From Eledone cirrhosa (taxonomy: Eukaryota): a stretch of DNA of 64,000 bases. Location: NCBI GenBank assembly GCA_964016885.1, contig OZ024747.1, positions 9,672,001 through 9,736,000 on the forward strand, read 5' to 3'. A program made the translations under genes and the position numbers. Each line of letters begins with the position of its first letter. The first letter of the stretch is position 1. The notes below the pieces were generated by a model that had not been told where the DNA came from, made no database searches, and worked only from the letters and a program-made list of their open reading frames with translations. This document shows, piece by piece, positions 13,362 to 27,146 of the stretch.

Positions 13362-13428
13362 TATTTTATTATACATATTTCAGAGGTACTGAGTTAACTT
13401 CAACAGTACGTCCTCATCAGATAAAATA
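13362..13428 (-). ncRNA. Minimal type I hammerhead ribozyme
   Basis: Minus strand: UAUUUUAU CUGAUGA GGACGUACUG-loop-CAGUACCUCU GAAA UAUGUA UA AUAAAAUA; complete core, 8-bp stem I. Confidence 0.8.
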
Positions 13429-13657
13429 AGATGATGCATGACATACCCTGACATAGTAGATGGTTAAGATTCAGTCATGGTAGTGAGTAATATATGACAA
13501 AACTCAATATTTATATACCTTAATATTGAAAACATGAGAAAAACATATAATACATACAATAGAGAGGGTGCGTGTGAGAAAGCTTTTTCTTGTTGAGTGC
13601 TTCCAATCTATTGTAAAACTCATTCTTTGATTTATTCATTGAACCTTGTTTAACCCT

Positions 13658-13701
<44 letters not shown>

Positions 13702-13989
13702 GTCTGTATAAACCTAAAAATGATAATGATTTGAGATTTTCAAGATGTTATGTTTTCCCTGCACACATGATTGCATTGTTGGCCTCTGATGAGATTCAAC
13801 TCTTTGATGTCTTGCTTTATATAGAGAAGATCATTGATGTAGACTGTTGTTGTTGTTGACATTATTGTTGTTGTCATTGCTGTGTGTTGTTGTTGTTGTT
13901 GTTGTTGTTGTCTCTTTGGATCTTGTAGCTGTTCCTAATGTTATAGCTATCAATTTTGTTTCTCTCTTGGCCTGCAACTTGTCAAATTC

Positions 13990-14000
13990 CATGGTGGTGG

Positions 14001-14031
<31 letters not shown>

Positions 14032-14069
14032 GGTGGTGGTGGTGCTGGTGGTGCTGGTGGTGGTGGTGC

Positions 14070-14127
<58 letters not shown>

Positions 14128-14585
14128 GGTGGTGGTGCTGGTGGTGCTGGTGGTGGTGGTGCTGGTGGTGGTGGTGGTGGTGGTTGCATTGGTGGTGGTG
14201 GTGCTGGTGCTGGTGGTGGTAGTGGTTGCATTGGTGGTAGTGTTGGTAGTGGTGGTAGTGTTTGCACAATGGTTGTGGTAGTGATGGTGGTGGTGCTGGT
14301 GGTGGTGGTGGTGGTGGTTGCATTGATGGTAGTGGTGGTGGTGGTGGTGGTGCTGGTGCTGGTGCTGGTTGCATTGGTGGTAGTGTTGGTAGTGGTGGTA
14401 GTGTTTACACAATGGCTGTGGTAGTGATGGTGGTGGTGCTGGTGCTGGTGGTGGTGGTTGCATTGATGGTAGTGGTGGTGGTGGTGACTCATTTGAGGTG
14501 GTGGTGGTGGTGATGGTGCTGGTGGTGGTTGCATTGGTAGTAGTGTTGGTAGTGGTGGTAGTGTTTGCACAATGGCTGTGGTAGT

Positions 14586-14618
<33 letters not shown>

Positions 14619-14943
14619 AGTGTTAGTAGTGGTGGTAGTGTTTGCATTGGTGGTGGTGGTGACTCATTTGAGGTGGTGGTGGTGGGGAAATAAATGACTC
14701 ACAGAATCAACAGACCATGACATAAACACATCAATACATCCCTTTCTATGTTTGTTCCTTTCCCTTGATTACACCAACAACAATAACATCAGGAATAACA
14801 ATGGTGGTGGTGTTGTTGCTGTTGCTGTTGTTGCTGTTGTTGTTGCCGTTGTTGCTGATGTTGCTGTTGCTGCTGCTGTTGTTGCTGCTGTTGCTGATGT
14901 TGTTGCTGTTGTTGCTGTTGTTGTTGTTGCTGTTGTTGCTGAT

Positions 14944-14974
<31 letters not shown>

Positions 14975-15014
14975 TTGTTGCTGCTGTTGCTGCTGCTGTT
15001 GCTGTTGCTGTTGT

Positions 15015-15046
<32 letters not shown>

Positions 15047-15065
15047 CTGTTGTTGTTGTTGTTGT
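13990..15065. repeat. Compound trinucleotide microsatellites (GGT)n then (GTT/GCT)n
   Basis: Direct reading; source of the poly-Pro, His, Thr, Val and Leu ORFs. Confidence 0.95.
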
Positions 15066-15770
15066 GACTTATATTTTAACCTTCAACTACTGTCTTTTCA
15101 CCAAGTTTCAGTGGTCAAGTTTCACACAAGGAACAATTTATTCAACAATGGACTGTGGCCATACTGAGGAATTTCTTTCTAGAGTGTTTGTCATGTTTAT
15201 TGACCACAAACAGTCCTCCATATTGTACTTATTTCAGTAAATCTACAGAAGGGCAAATGTGACCTGGGCAGGATTTGAACTTGGAGTATAAGATGGGGTG
15301 GGGTAACAATAACCACAAGTTAGTTTGTCTATTGATCCTCCAATTCAATAGTTTTGCCCTCATATATTTAACTCTTTTGATAGTAACACACCTGAAACCA
15401 CCTCTGATTCTATGACACAAAACTGTTTACTGTTTAGTATTTATTTATCTAAAAGTCTTCCATCACAATTTTAGGTAAGAACCTTTGTTAAGTTATGTTC
15501 CAAACACCCCTGGTTCTATGACACAAAACTGTTTACTGTTAAGTATTTATATTTATCTAAAAGTCTACCATCACAATTTTATGTAATAACCTGTGTTACC
15601 ATCACAATTTTATGTAATAACCTGTATTAAGTTATGTTCCAAACACCCCTGGTTCTATGATATAAAGTTGTATGTTTTGAAGTATATTTATCTAAAAATA
15701 TTCCTTGCAATTTTATGTAATAACCTTTAAGTATTGGGCTACTGATTAACACATACATACTTATATATAT

Positions 15771-15801
<31 letters not shown>

Positions 15802-16053
15802 CACATACACACATATATGCATACATACATATATATAAATACATACATAGACACATACACACACACACAGAAACACACACACACACACTTACACACACAC
15901 ACACACACACACACAGGTAATACATCTGGCAGTCATCAGAGAAGAAGCAAGGTGTATATAATGTTGGGGAAGTCTGCTGACTAACCAATCTTGGGATTTA
16001 CATAAATAAAACAATAATGATAATAATGTATGAGATGAAAGAATGGTATTTAA

Positions 16054-17322
16054 CTAATGTAATGGTACGCGATGGGGCCCACCCACAGCCCCGGCTGACA
16101 GAATGGAGAAGGCGTTTCCCCGGAGGACGGCAAGGGAGACGCGCTGGAAAAGCCACTCCAACTCGCGGGGCTCACACCTACGGCTGGCCAGCTCAGCGCC
16201 TATGGTGGTGAGTAAGGAGGTAGCCCTGGGGCCGAGGACACCAGAAGTCTCCACTGCCACTGCCAGGGGAACGACCGCAAACCTGTCGGAGAGCGACCGG
16301 TATTTGAGGAGTTTGGCCCCCTCAGCCCGACGTGCAGCAGAACCTGGGTCAGTCACAGACTGCACCAGGTTGCGGATGCAGGAAGTGTTGGTGCAAGTGG
16401 CATCCCAGGCGAGGGGTTTGCCACCGCGGAACGGGAAGATGGTCATGCCATCTGGCCTTTTGCCGTCCCCTCGATCCAGCCCCACCGGCTCGAGCTGGCA
16501 AGGGAAGCATGCAGCGTCCAAGCCATGCTTAATGACCTCGTTGAGGGCAGCATGGCGTGGAATGCGGCCGACACTGTGGCGACAAGAAAGCGGGTGGAGG
16601 CCGAAAGAGTCCACGGTGGAACCGCAGCGACATTGGTGTGGCTGGCAGATCCGGAAGCCGAACCTCTGGGAAACGCCGATTCGCAGGCTATGGTTGTCTA
16701 GCTGCGTGCCAGTGGAGAAGGAGGGCAGAGCATGGAGCCAGGCACCACTGTGGGGTTTGGAGGCCGCACGAAAACAGGCAAGGCGGTGCTGGTCGAGCTG
16801 GTGCGTGAGCCTGTCTGAGGCCAGGCTGCACTGCATAGCATCCCAAGTGCGTTGGAGGGACTTGATGTCAACAGGGGGAGAAGGAGGAGGGACATCTACT
16901 GGGCTAAGTGCCAGCCAGTCCCACGTCTCACAGGCGGCCTCACGTTCTCTGAACACAGAGGGTTCTGTTGTGTTTTGAAGAACCCTGCTGACGAGGACAC
17001 GGCACGAGGTTACCGACGAAAGATACGCCGGCAAAGCTAGTGAGATCGGGGACCGGAGGCCTAGGTCGCCCTACCTGACCGGTAAAGTGGCCTGTTGCCA
17101 CCCTATGTCGTCAAACTTGACGTTGCATATCCCCTCGGCTGCTGCTCGGATACAAGTATCGAGGTCAGTGAGGAGAGATGTCTGGGTGTAGCACGGAGCG
17201 CTGCGGAGTGTATAGAGGAGCTTTGGCATGGCGAAGCAGTTCCTCAGCAGAAAGAGAGCTGGGTGACGGTCAATCAAGCCCAGTTGGCTCGTGAGAGTCT
17301 GGATTCTCTCTAATATTGGCAC
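16054..17322 (-). mobile_element. 5'-truncated CRE-like non-LTR retrotransposon: post-RT region, CCHC-type knuckle and restriction-like endonuclease
   Basis: ORFs 17071..17322 and 16054..17034 share one frame separated by a single TAG (17073-17071). Motifs: LLRNCFAMPKLLYTLR, QATLPVR*GDLGLR, SGAWL, CRCG...HPLSC...RHAALN, RPDG...WDATC, KLLKY, VETSG, FQRVSLAVLRGNA. Markedly GC-rich. Confidence 0.88.
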
Positions 17323-17447
17323 TAACCCAACAACTTGGAGGGGGAAGGGGGTTGATTAAATTGACCCCAGTACATTACTGGTACTTTATTTTATCGACCC
17401 TGTAAAGATGAAAGGCAAAGTTAACCTTGGCGGGATTTGAAATCAGT
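17310..17447 (-). mobile_element. SINE family A copy abutting the 5' end of the CRE-like fragment
   Basis: CTGGTACTTTATTTTATCGACCC...AAAGGCAAAGTTAACCTTGGCGGGATTTGAA. Confidence 0.8.
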
Positions 17448-17624
17448 CCGTAATGTGTGTATATCTGTGTATATGTATGTATATGTATGTATATGTGTGT
17501 TTATGTGTGTATATGTGTGTATATGTGTGTATGTGTGTATATATGTGTATCTGTGTGCATATATGTGTATATGTCTGTATGTGTATGTATGTGTGTATGC
17601 ATGTGTGTAGCTTTAGTTATACAG

Positions 17625-18257
17625 TGGTGGGGTTACAAATGAACCCTTTAGCTGTCCCCTATAAATAATCCCAGTGTAACTTTAGTAATGTAGTTATGGG
17701 GTTACAAATGAACCCTTTAGCTGTCCCCTATAAATAGTCCCTGTGTAACTTTAGTAATGTAGTTATGGGGTTACAAATGAACCCTTTAGCTGTCCCCTAT
17801 AAATAGTCCCTGTGTAACTTTAGTAATGTAGTTATGGGGTTACAAATGAACCCTTTAGCTGTCCCCTATAAATAGTCCCTGTGTAACTTTAGTAATGTAG
17901 TTATGGGGTTATTACAAATGAACCCTTTAGCTGTCCCCTATAAATAGTCCCTGTGTAACTTTAGTAATGTAGTTATGGGGTTACAAATGAACCCTTTATT
18001 TGTCCCCTATAAATAGTCCCTGTGTAACTTTAGTAATGTAGTTATGGGGTTACAAATGAACCCTTTAGCTGTCCCCTATAAATAGTCCCTGTGTAACTTT
18101 AGTAATGTAGTTATGGGGTTATTACAAATGAACCCTTTAGCTGTCCCCTATAAATAGTCCCTGTGTAACTTTAGTAATGTAGTTATGGGGTTACAAATGA
18201 ACCCTTTATTTGTCCCCTATAAATAGTCCCTGTGTAACTTTAGTAATGTAGTTATGT
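17625..18257. repeat. 69-bp minisatellite, about 9 copies
   Basis: GTTACAAATGAACCC anchors at 17701 and 17770. Confidence 0.93.
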
Positions 18258-18439
18258 TTGTTTGAAATATTCTCCAGATTGTTTCGTGTTTCTTACTTTT
18301 CACTGACGACATAAATAGCTTTACCTTACATCCTTCTTCACTTGCTTCATTGCACTGAAAGGTAACACACTTCCTCTCACCTTCATTTACTTCACCTTAC
18401 CTTCAGGTATGACCCTTCCTTATCGGCTTCAGCTTAACC

Positions 18440-18445
18440 ACCATC

Positions 18446-18476
<31 letters not shown>

Positions 18477-18880
18477 CCATCATCATCATCACCATCATCA
18501 ACATCACTCATCATCACTCATCATCATCATCATCAACATCATTATTATCACCCTCGCTATCATCATCACCAACATCATCACCAACACCACCATCATCAAC
18601 ATCATCATCATCACCACCATCAACATCATCATCACCATCGCCATTATCAACATCACCATCATCATCATCATCATCATCAACATCATCATCAACATCACCA
18701 TTATTATCATCATCATCATCACCATTATTATCATCATCACCACTAGGGTGGTGGTAGGAGCAGTGGTGGTGATGATGGTGGTGTTGGTGGTGTTGATGCC
18801 AATTGGTAGTGACGATGGTGGTGATGGTGATGATGATGATAGTGATGGCAGTGGTAGTGATGATGTCAGTGATGATGATG
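18440..18880. repeat. (CAT/CAC)n followed by (GAT/GGT)n microsatellite
   Basis: Direct reading. Confidence 0.9.
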
Positions 18881-20346
18881 CTATATCCAGTGGTGTTTGT
18901 AGCAGTAATAATATGAGTTGTCAGTACAATGATTGAGAAGAAAACCAAACATATATAAAATAAAATCTTCTGCTGTAGGAAATCAATGCCGGGGTGGAGT
19001 AGTTTACCATCTTTAGGGGAATTTCAGGGTATTTATAGAGAAACTAAATCTTCTGGGTAAGAAAGCTAATAGAGAAATCCCTAGTTCTTGTTGTCGTGCC
19101 AACTAACCCCAAACTTATACCCAGATTATTTCACCCAAATTCATCTTTCATCTTCAATACTTTCTCAAATTCTACAACTGTGTCTGTCTTTTATACTCTA
19201 GAGGTGTGTGTGTGTGTGTGTACATGTGTGTGTCTGTTAGTATTTGTATGTGTGTGTGTACATGTGTATGTAGTTGTGTGAGTGTGTCTATGTGAATGTT
19301 TGTGTGTGTACCTTGTGGCCAATAAAGAAATAATCATTATTATTATTATTACTATTACTAGTAGTAGTAGTAGTAGTAGTAGTAATTTATTTATTAGTAG
19401 TAATAGTGGTAGTAGTAGTATTTAATAATTATAATTATTTTAACCCTAGTTTTCCAATATAAACCTTGATAAGATCTCAACTGACTGTAAAAGTAAAAGC
19501 TATTCCCAGCCTTAAAATGTCTGCAGTCCATCAGGATTACATTAGCAGCTTACTAACATCAATAATATTGCAATGATCATCATTTTGACAGTTTTGTAGT
19601 TACTTGTGGGTTTTTATATTGCTGCTGTTTGTAAGATTGTGTTGGGACTAAAAGATATTATTACATCACAGAAAGATGGTGGGTTGGCAATAGTATAGAA
19701 CTAACTGCTCGGTAGTATTTAGTCAACTGAGCTTTCATCCTCCCAGTTTTCATAAAATAAAGTACCAATCAGGTACTGAAGTTGATTTAATAAGCATCAT
19801 ACTAGTTATCCTTCTTGAATCGGTTTAAGTCACCACTGGAACAAACAAAAAGAAACATTAGTGGTGACTTGAGTCTTTTTGTTTAAAAATCAACATTATT
19901 ACATTATTGCAAGTGCATAGGTACAGCTCATCGTGTGTATATATATACATATATATATATAGGATAACAAGGTAGTGTTTAAGGTAATCCAGCCGACCAT
20001 GTTATTCTTCACTCTTTCACTACACATATATATATATATATTCAAAATAAGGGGGCACGCAGGACAAAGACAATGAAAAACAACAGTAAAACAGATAGTC
20101 CCATCTCTTCAGTCAACCTCTGGAAATCACTACAGTTTCAGTATATTTAGGTTGATACCATTAATTCCAGTGCACATTGGGATGTAACAAAACCGATAGA
20201 GATAAAGATAGGACAAGTTATGACTTTTGGTGAATTACACAAATAAAGATAAAAACATATCTGAAGTGTATCAACTGAGAAAGAAAGGAGAGAACAGTGT
20301 TTGAGGGTTTAGCAAAAGGAGAGAAAAAAGCCCAGAAAACAATATG

Positions 20347-20404
<58 letters not shown>

Positions 20405-20409
20405 ATATA

Positions 20410-20698
20410 TGAGTTCAATTCTCAGACCAGGTGATGTGTTGTTCCCTTGAGCGAGAAACTTTATTTCACATTGCTCCAGTTTACTCAGCTGTAGAAATGA
20501 GATGATAGGACTGGGGTCCATATAATTCCACTGCAAAGTGGTCGTGGAGGTGCCACGGCAAAAAAGCACCCAGCACTCACTGTAAATGAGGTTGGTGTTA
20601 GGAAGGGCATCCAGCTGTAGAAATCAAGCCAGAATCAGTTCCCGTCCCACCCTTGCAAGCAGGGAAAAGCGGACGTAAAATGAAATGATGATGATGAT
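20410..20698 (+). mobile_element. SINE family B, 5'-truncated
   Basis: Starts at the B box GAGTTCAATTCTC and ends GGAAAAGCGGACGTAAAATGAAATGATGATG. Confidence 0.88.
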
Positions 20699-20874
20699 GT
20701 TAGTTATGTGTGTAACTATAGTTACAGGTGGTATGCTGTTCGTAGCACTCAATGTTGTTATGAGGTCTATCTCGTGTTGGGTTGTATTCCAGAGTTAAAG
20801 TGACATAATGTGCAGAGTGTATATAGATTAAGTTGAATCAAAGTCAGTGTTGCAGCATATGTACAAACTTTATT

Positions 20875-20965
20875 GGCATATTACAATTGTTTCAATATCG
20901 ATCTTATGAGGGTACAATCAAAATGACAGGGCACAACACTTCTTTGACATCCCATCAGGTATGTT
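20875..20965 (-). ncRNA. Degenerate hammerhead inside a fold-back unit (20832-21059)
   Basis: Minus strand: CAUAC CUGAUGG GAUGUC...GAUAUU GAAA CAAUUG UA AUAUG; A9 to G. Unit ends are inverted copies of GAATCAAAGTCAGTGTTGCAGCATAT. Confidence 0.45.
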
Positions 20966-21064
20966 AAGTCTATAAGTGCAAAGATACATCTAAACTGTGT
21001 ACCCTGAATTGATCGATTGAAACAATAGTAATATGCTGCAACACTGACTTTGATTCTACTTACT

Positions 21065-21957
<893 letters not shown>

Positions 21958-21978
21958 CACACACATACATACACACAT

Positions 21979-22316
21979 GGAGACACATGGCTTAGTGGTT
22001 AGAGCATTGGCCTTGCAATCGAAAGGTTGTGAGTTCAATTCTCAGACCAGGTGATGTGTTGTTTCCTTGAGCAAGACACTTTATTTCACATTGCTCCAGT
22101 TTACTCAGCTGTAGAAATGAGATGATAGGGACTGGAGTCCCTATCATTCCACTGTAAAGTGGTCGTGGAGGTGCCACGGCAAAAAAAGCACCCAGCACTC
22201 ACTGTAAATGAGGTTGGTGTTAGGAAGGGCATCCAGCTGTAGAAATGAAGCCAGAATCAGTTCCCGTCCCACCCTTGCAAGCAGGGAAAAGCGGACGTAA
22301 AATGAAATGATGATGA
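21979..22316 (+). mobile_element. Full-length SINE family B (tRNA head, CORE-like domain, RTE-like tail)
   Basis: A box TGGCTTAGTGG, B box GAGTTCAATTCTC, CORE-like TCCTTGAGCAAGACACTTTATTTCAC...CTCAGCTGTAGAAATG, tail TTAGGAAGGGCATCCAGCTGTA...GGACGTAAAATGAAATGATGATG. Confidence 0.9.
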
Positions 22317-23369
22317 TATATATATATATATATAAAATTAGGAGATCTCATTGTAATTTTGACTAAATAAAATAGTCTAATAATAACAGGGTGTAGAAAC
22401 CCATTGAATGGGAAAAGGTGATCTAGTATGTTGAGATCTAGCACCACCACCACCATCATCATTACCCCATTACCACTACAACCACCACCACCACCATCAT
22501 CGTTATTACCCCATTACCACTACAACCACCACCAGCATCATCATCCCCCTGCTGTTACTCCACCACCACCAGCAACAGCAACACCACCACTACTCATACT
22601 ACCACCCCCCACCCAGTATCAACACACACCCCTACTGTTACCTCCCACCTCCCACCACCAACAACATCACCACTAACATCACCCCCCCCCCCCACACACA
22701 CACACACTGTTACCCCACCACCACCAACAACAACAATAGTTAAACAATGAAACCTTATGTGGATGAAAGGAAGAGATTTAAGTTTAAGGATTTATTTCTT
22801 GTCCATAAAAATATGAAATTGAAGATTTTGTAAATAAAACACAAATCCTAGCCTCCATCTTCTGTTTATTTTGGTTTATCTGGAATCCTATTTCTAAAGG
22901 ATTGTGGTGGTTGGTGGGGGGGGGGGGGGGGAGTGAGAGAGAGATAGGGAGAGCATGAAAGGAGAAGGATAGGGTGAGTGAGAAAAGGGATCAAATGAGG
23001 GGGGGAGAGAGATGGAGAGAAAGGAACGGGTGAGATGAGGAGAGTGAGAGGGAGAGAGAGAGAGGGGGAGGCAGAGAGTGTGGATAGCATCTTAAAGATA
23101 ATACAGTGAAGTTTGACAGAAATATGGAAATCCCTAAGAAACAGCTTATAAAACCTTGAGATTTGTCTTAAAGATTTAATTTCTACTTAATTCACTTCAA
23201 TGACAACATATCAAAAATATAATCTACTAGAGACAGCCATTGGCAATCTAGTTAAGATGTTTACTTCAGAGCCATATTCCAGGCTGAAATATGTCCCCCA
23301 CGTGAATAAAAAGATCCCAGTACATATTGTAACGTTGTTATTTGGAAAGGCATCCTGCCATAGTATCAA

Positions 23370-24030
23370 ACATCTTATACACCCCATATATAGTCTTCTA
23401 TATCTACTGTCATACACCATCAACTATCTTATATACACCACATACAGTCTTCTATATCTACTGTCATACACCATCAACCATCTTATATACACCACATACA
23501 GTCTTCTATATATTCTGTCATACACCATCAACCATCTTATATACACCACATACAGTCTTCTATATATTCTGTCATACACCATCAACCATCTTATATATAC
23601 CGCATACAGTCTTCTATATATTCTGTCATACACCATCAACCATCTTATATATACCACATACAGTCTTCTATATATTCTGTCATACACCATCAACCATCTT
23701 ATATACACCACATACAGTCTTCTATATATTCTGTCATACACCATCAACCATCTTATATACACCACATACAGTCTTCTATATATTCTGTCATACACCATCA
23801 ACCATCTTATATATACCGCATACAGTCTTCTATATATTCTGTCATACACCATCAAACATCTTATATACACCACATACAGTCTTCTATATATTCTGTCATA
23901 CACCATCAACCATCTTATATACACCACATACAGTCTTCTATATATTCTGTCATACACCATCAAACATCTTATATACACCACATACAGTCTTCTATATCTA
24001 CTGTCATACACCATCAACCATCTTATACAA
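23370..24030. repeat. 54-bp minisatellite, about 12 copies
   Basis: Unit CATCTTATATACACCACATACAGTCTTCTATATATTCTGTCATACACCATCAAC; gives 18-aa periodic ORFs on both strands. Confidence 0.95.
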
Positions 24031-24974
24031 TATATAGTAAAATCTCTTGGTATGCAAATTAGGCTAATCAACTGATGTACACTTTAGAGAATACTATATA
24101 TTCTCAACAGTTCTAGTGAGTGACAGAAGAGAGATACACAATCTTGACAACGGGCAATAAACCAGAAACAATATTGTCGGTTGTTTCTCTCTGCCACCGC
24201 TAGAACAAAAAGAAGGTGATGGTCATCTAAAAAACATAACATAATGAGGCTGTTTGCTTGTAAACGAATCGAATATTATTATTATTCGATATAGAACTCT
24301 TTAATACATGATATTTCTTGATTGTCTCATGTTGATAAATCTAATCTAATCTAATTTGGCCGAGTTTACTCTCACAAATAAGAACCAGGGCCACCCCTAA
24401 GAGCATTGGATTTGGTGTACTTCATATTTGTTTCAGTTGCTGAATACAATTAGGGGTTGCTGCTTCTCCTGAAGGTTAATAGTTCTCTTCTAACTCGAGC
24501 GGAGCCCCTTTCCATTGTCAATTTCCATTGATCATCTGCAAAGCCACATTGTTCTCAGAACCACTACACCAGTCTTTCGATGCGATAATAAAATAGACAT
24601 TAAATTAATGAGAACGACACAGTTGAGCTGTTTGTAAAGGAAAGAGGAGGGTTATAGGTTAGAAGTATAATTAACTATTTAGAAATTAAATAAGAGTCAC
24701 TTAAGGAGAATACAAATACTTGAGTGGTGGACCAACACTTAATTTTCAACTTTTCATTCCACTTAAGTTTATATAAGTGCCACAGTGTATGATATAGCAG
24801 CTAAACCTCCCTTGATTCACACCATACTGTTTTAAAAAGGGAAGTATATTGGATAATATGTTTCTAGATACACTGGCTGAAAGAAAAACAAAACAACAAA
24901 AAACACCTGTATCATGGTCATAACTTTAACACCTTTGACCATAGATAGGTCAGTTGGTTGACCTGGTGCTAAAT

Positions 24975-25122
24975 AATGGTTTCTGATTTAGGTACAAGGT
25001 AAAAAATTTTGAGGGAGGGAAAATTGATTAAATCAACCCCAGTGTGTGACTGGTACTTTATTTTATTGACCCCATAAAGTTGAAAGGCAAAGTTAACCTT
25101 GGCGGGATTTCAACTCAGATCG
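24975..25122 (-). mobile_element. SINE family A partial
   Basis: Reverse complement of the family A core. Confidence 0.75.
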
Positions 25123-25297
25123 TAAATATATATATCATCATCATCACCATCATAATCTTTTACATCAACTTTTCTATGTTGGCATGGGTTGGATGGGACT
25201 TTTTGAGGCAATGTTTTACAGTCGGACGCCCTTCCTAATAGTATCTTCTAATGACACACAGGTATACAGTGTACCTATTCTAAACCAGATACACATG

Positions 25298-25530
25298 GAT
25301 GGCTTAGTGGTTAGAGCATTGGGCTTGCAATCGAAAGGTTGTGAGTTCAATTCTCAGACAGGGTGGTGTGTTGTTTCCTTGAGCAAGACACTTTACTTCA
25401 CATTGCTCCAGTTTACTCAGCTGTAGAAATGAGATGATAGGACTGGGGTCCCTATCATTCCACTGCAAAGTGGTCGTGGGGGTGCCACGGCAAAAAACCA
25501 CCCAGCCCACACTGTAAAGTGGACGTGTAG
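25298..25530 (+). mobile_element. SINE family B, 3'-truncated
   Basis: Head and CORE-like domain match 21979-22200. Confidence 0.85.
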
Positions 25531-25596
25531 GAGGCTCCAACCGTTAAGGTTGTCTTTTTATATATATAATATATATATAATATATAATATATATAT

Positions 25597-25650
<54 letters not shown>

Positions 25651-25759
25651 TGTAGTATATATATATATATATGTAGGAGGTGAGTTTTATTGTAGTACAA
25701 TAAAGCAATGCAGATATCGGATAAGTAGCACTCTACAGTTTGTGGGACTGGAGTATAAA

Positions 25760-26394
25760 TAATATAAGATCAAAAGATGGTTAAAAAAGTTCTATTAAAT
25801 TTATAATTCATCCACTCTTCTACTTCTTATATCCTTAATAACATTAATATTTTAATTTTAATAATACATATTAACAATTTCTTTTCATCGCACATATTAT
25901 TAAACCCTTCAATATACAAACCTTAATTTAACATTATTCTTAATTTTTTCCTCTTCATTAATTTTTTTTCTCTTCATCAATTTTCTTTTAAATTATATAT
26001 TATCTTCCAACGGCTTTTTAACCTCTCTCTGTGAAACAATATATTTTTCTCAGTTATAAACGCTGTCTCTCTCTTTCTATCACCCATCTCTCCTCCTATC
26101 TCCTCCTTCCTTATTATACTCCTCCCTCACCATTCTTTACTCTCATCTCCTCCTCTTTTTCATCCTTTCCCCCCCCCCCTCATTTTTTTCCCAATATCAC
26201 ACATCAATCTTAAATTACTTTTCATATGTTGATTTAAAACTGCACTATTTACAAGTGTTTTTTAACCTTCATATCATGTCTCCCTATTTTATCTGACGAA
26301 AACGCAAATGTCATCTCATGATGATATTTGTTTTTGAAATGCGCATAATAAAATACATGGAACTCTTTTAACCATCTTTTGATCTTATATTATA

Positions 26395-26401
<7 letters not shown>
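25760..26401 (+). mobile_element. Non-autonomous Penelope-derived unit with inverted ends and a hammerhead
   Basis: AATATAAGATCAAAAGATGGTTAAAA at 25761 is the inverse of TTTTAACCATCTTTTGATCTTATATT at about 26366-26391; followed by (TA)n. Confidence 0.6.
26285..26355 (+). ncRNA. Minimal type I hammerhead ribozyme
   Basis: UAUUUUAU CUGACGA (26293-26299), 16-position stem II with UCAU loop, GAAA (26336-26339), palindromic UGCGCA, UA, AUAAAAUA; predicted cleavage after 26347. Confidence 0.85.
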
Positions 26402-26433
<32 letters not shown>

Positions 26434-26890
26434 GATCAGCCTTTTTCTCTTTCTCTTTTCTGGCAGAAGAATACTGCCAGGAAGTATTTTAATGAAGCTT
26501 ATTTTCTGTTGCCATTAAAGTAAATGTAATTTTCTATTTCTCATAATGTCATCTTGGTACTGGCATTACACTCACCATCTTCATCTCTCTTTCTTTACAT
26601 CCTCTATCTCTCTCATCATCCCCTCTCTCTAAATCTCTCTCGCATCCTCTCTTTCTCTCTCTCTCTAAATCTATATATATATATGGGATAACAAGTTATC
26701 GTTTTAGGTAATCGAGTTAGAGGTTGTGAGTGCTCTGTACTCTGGATAGTTTTTCACCATTTTGAGTGATCAGCGGCCCTTAGACTCACCTGATCAATGA
26801 AACAATTGTTAATACTGTAAATAAAACCATTTTTGTACAGCCAACCATGTTATTCTTCACTCTTTCATTATATATATATATATGTATATA

Positions 26891-27080
26891 GGCGGTGGAT
26901 TGACAGTATTGGTAGAGTGTCGGATGCCATGCTTTGACGCATAGAGTTACGGCCCTTGCCATTCTGAGTTCAAATCCCGCCGAGGTTAACTTTGCCTTTC
27001 ATCCTTATGGGGTCGATAAAATAAAGTACCAGTAATACACTGGGTTATTGCTGGCCTTGTGCCTAACGTAGAAACAATTA
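26891..27080 (+). mobile_element. Full-length SINE family A
   Basis: Head GGCGGTGGATTGACAGTATTGGTAGAGTG, B box GAGTTCAAATCCC, core and AAACAATTA tail. Confidence 0.88.
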
Positions 27081-27088
27081 TATATATG

Positions 27089-27146
<58 letters not shown>

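Noticed and set aside
13785-13810. CTGATGAG heptamer
   Set aside because: No downstream GAAA at a usable distance.
13831-15240. Poly-His, Pro, Thr, Val, Trp and Leu ORFs here and at 18.4, 21, 32, 37-39, 42.5 and 47 kb
   Set aside because: Di- and trinucleotide microsatellites read through in many frames on both strands.
16103-16978. 291-aa + strand ORF
   Set aside because: Antisense shadow of the GC-rich retrotransposon frame; no recognisable motifs.
21979-22050. Functional tRNA gene
   Set aside because: A and B boxes run into a SINE body; no acceptor stem or Pol III terminator.
23200-24075. 18-aa repeat proteins on both strands
   Set aside because: 54-bp minisatellite open in several frames, with no splice or codon-level evidence.
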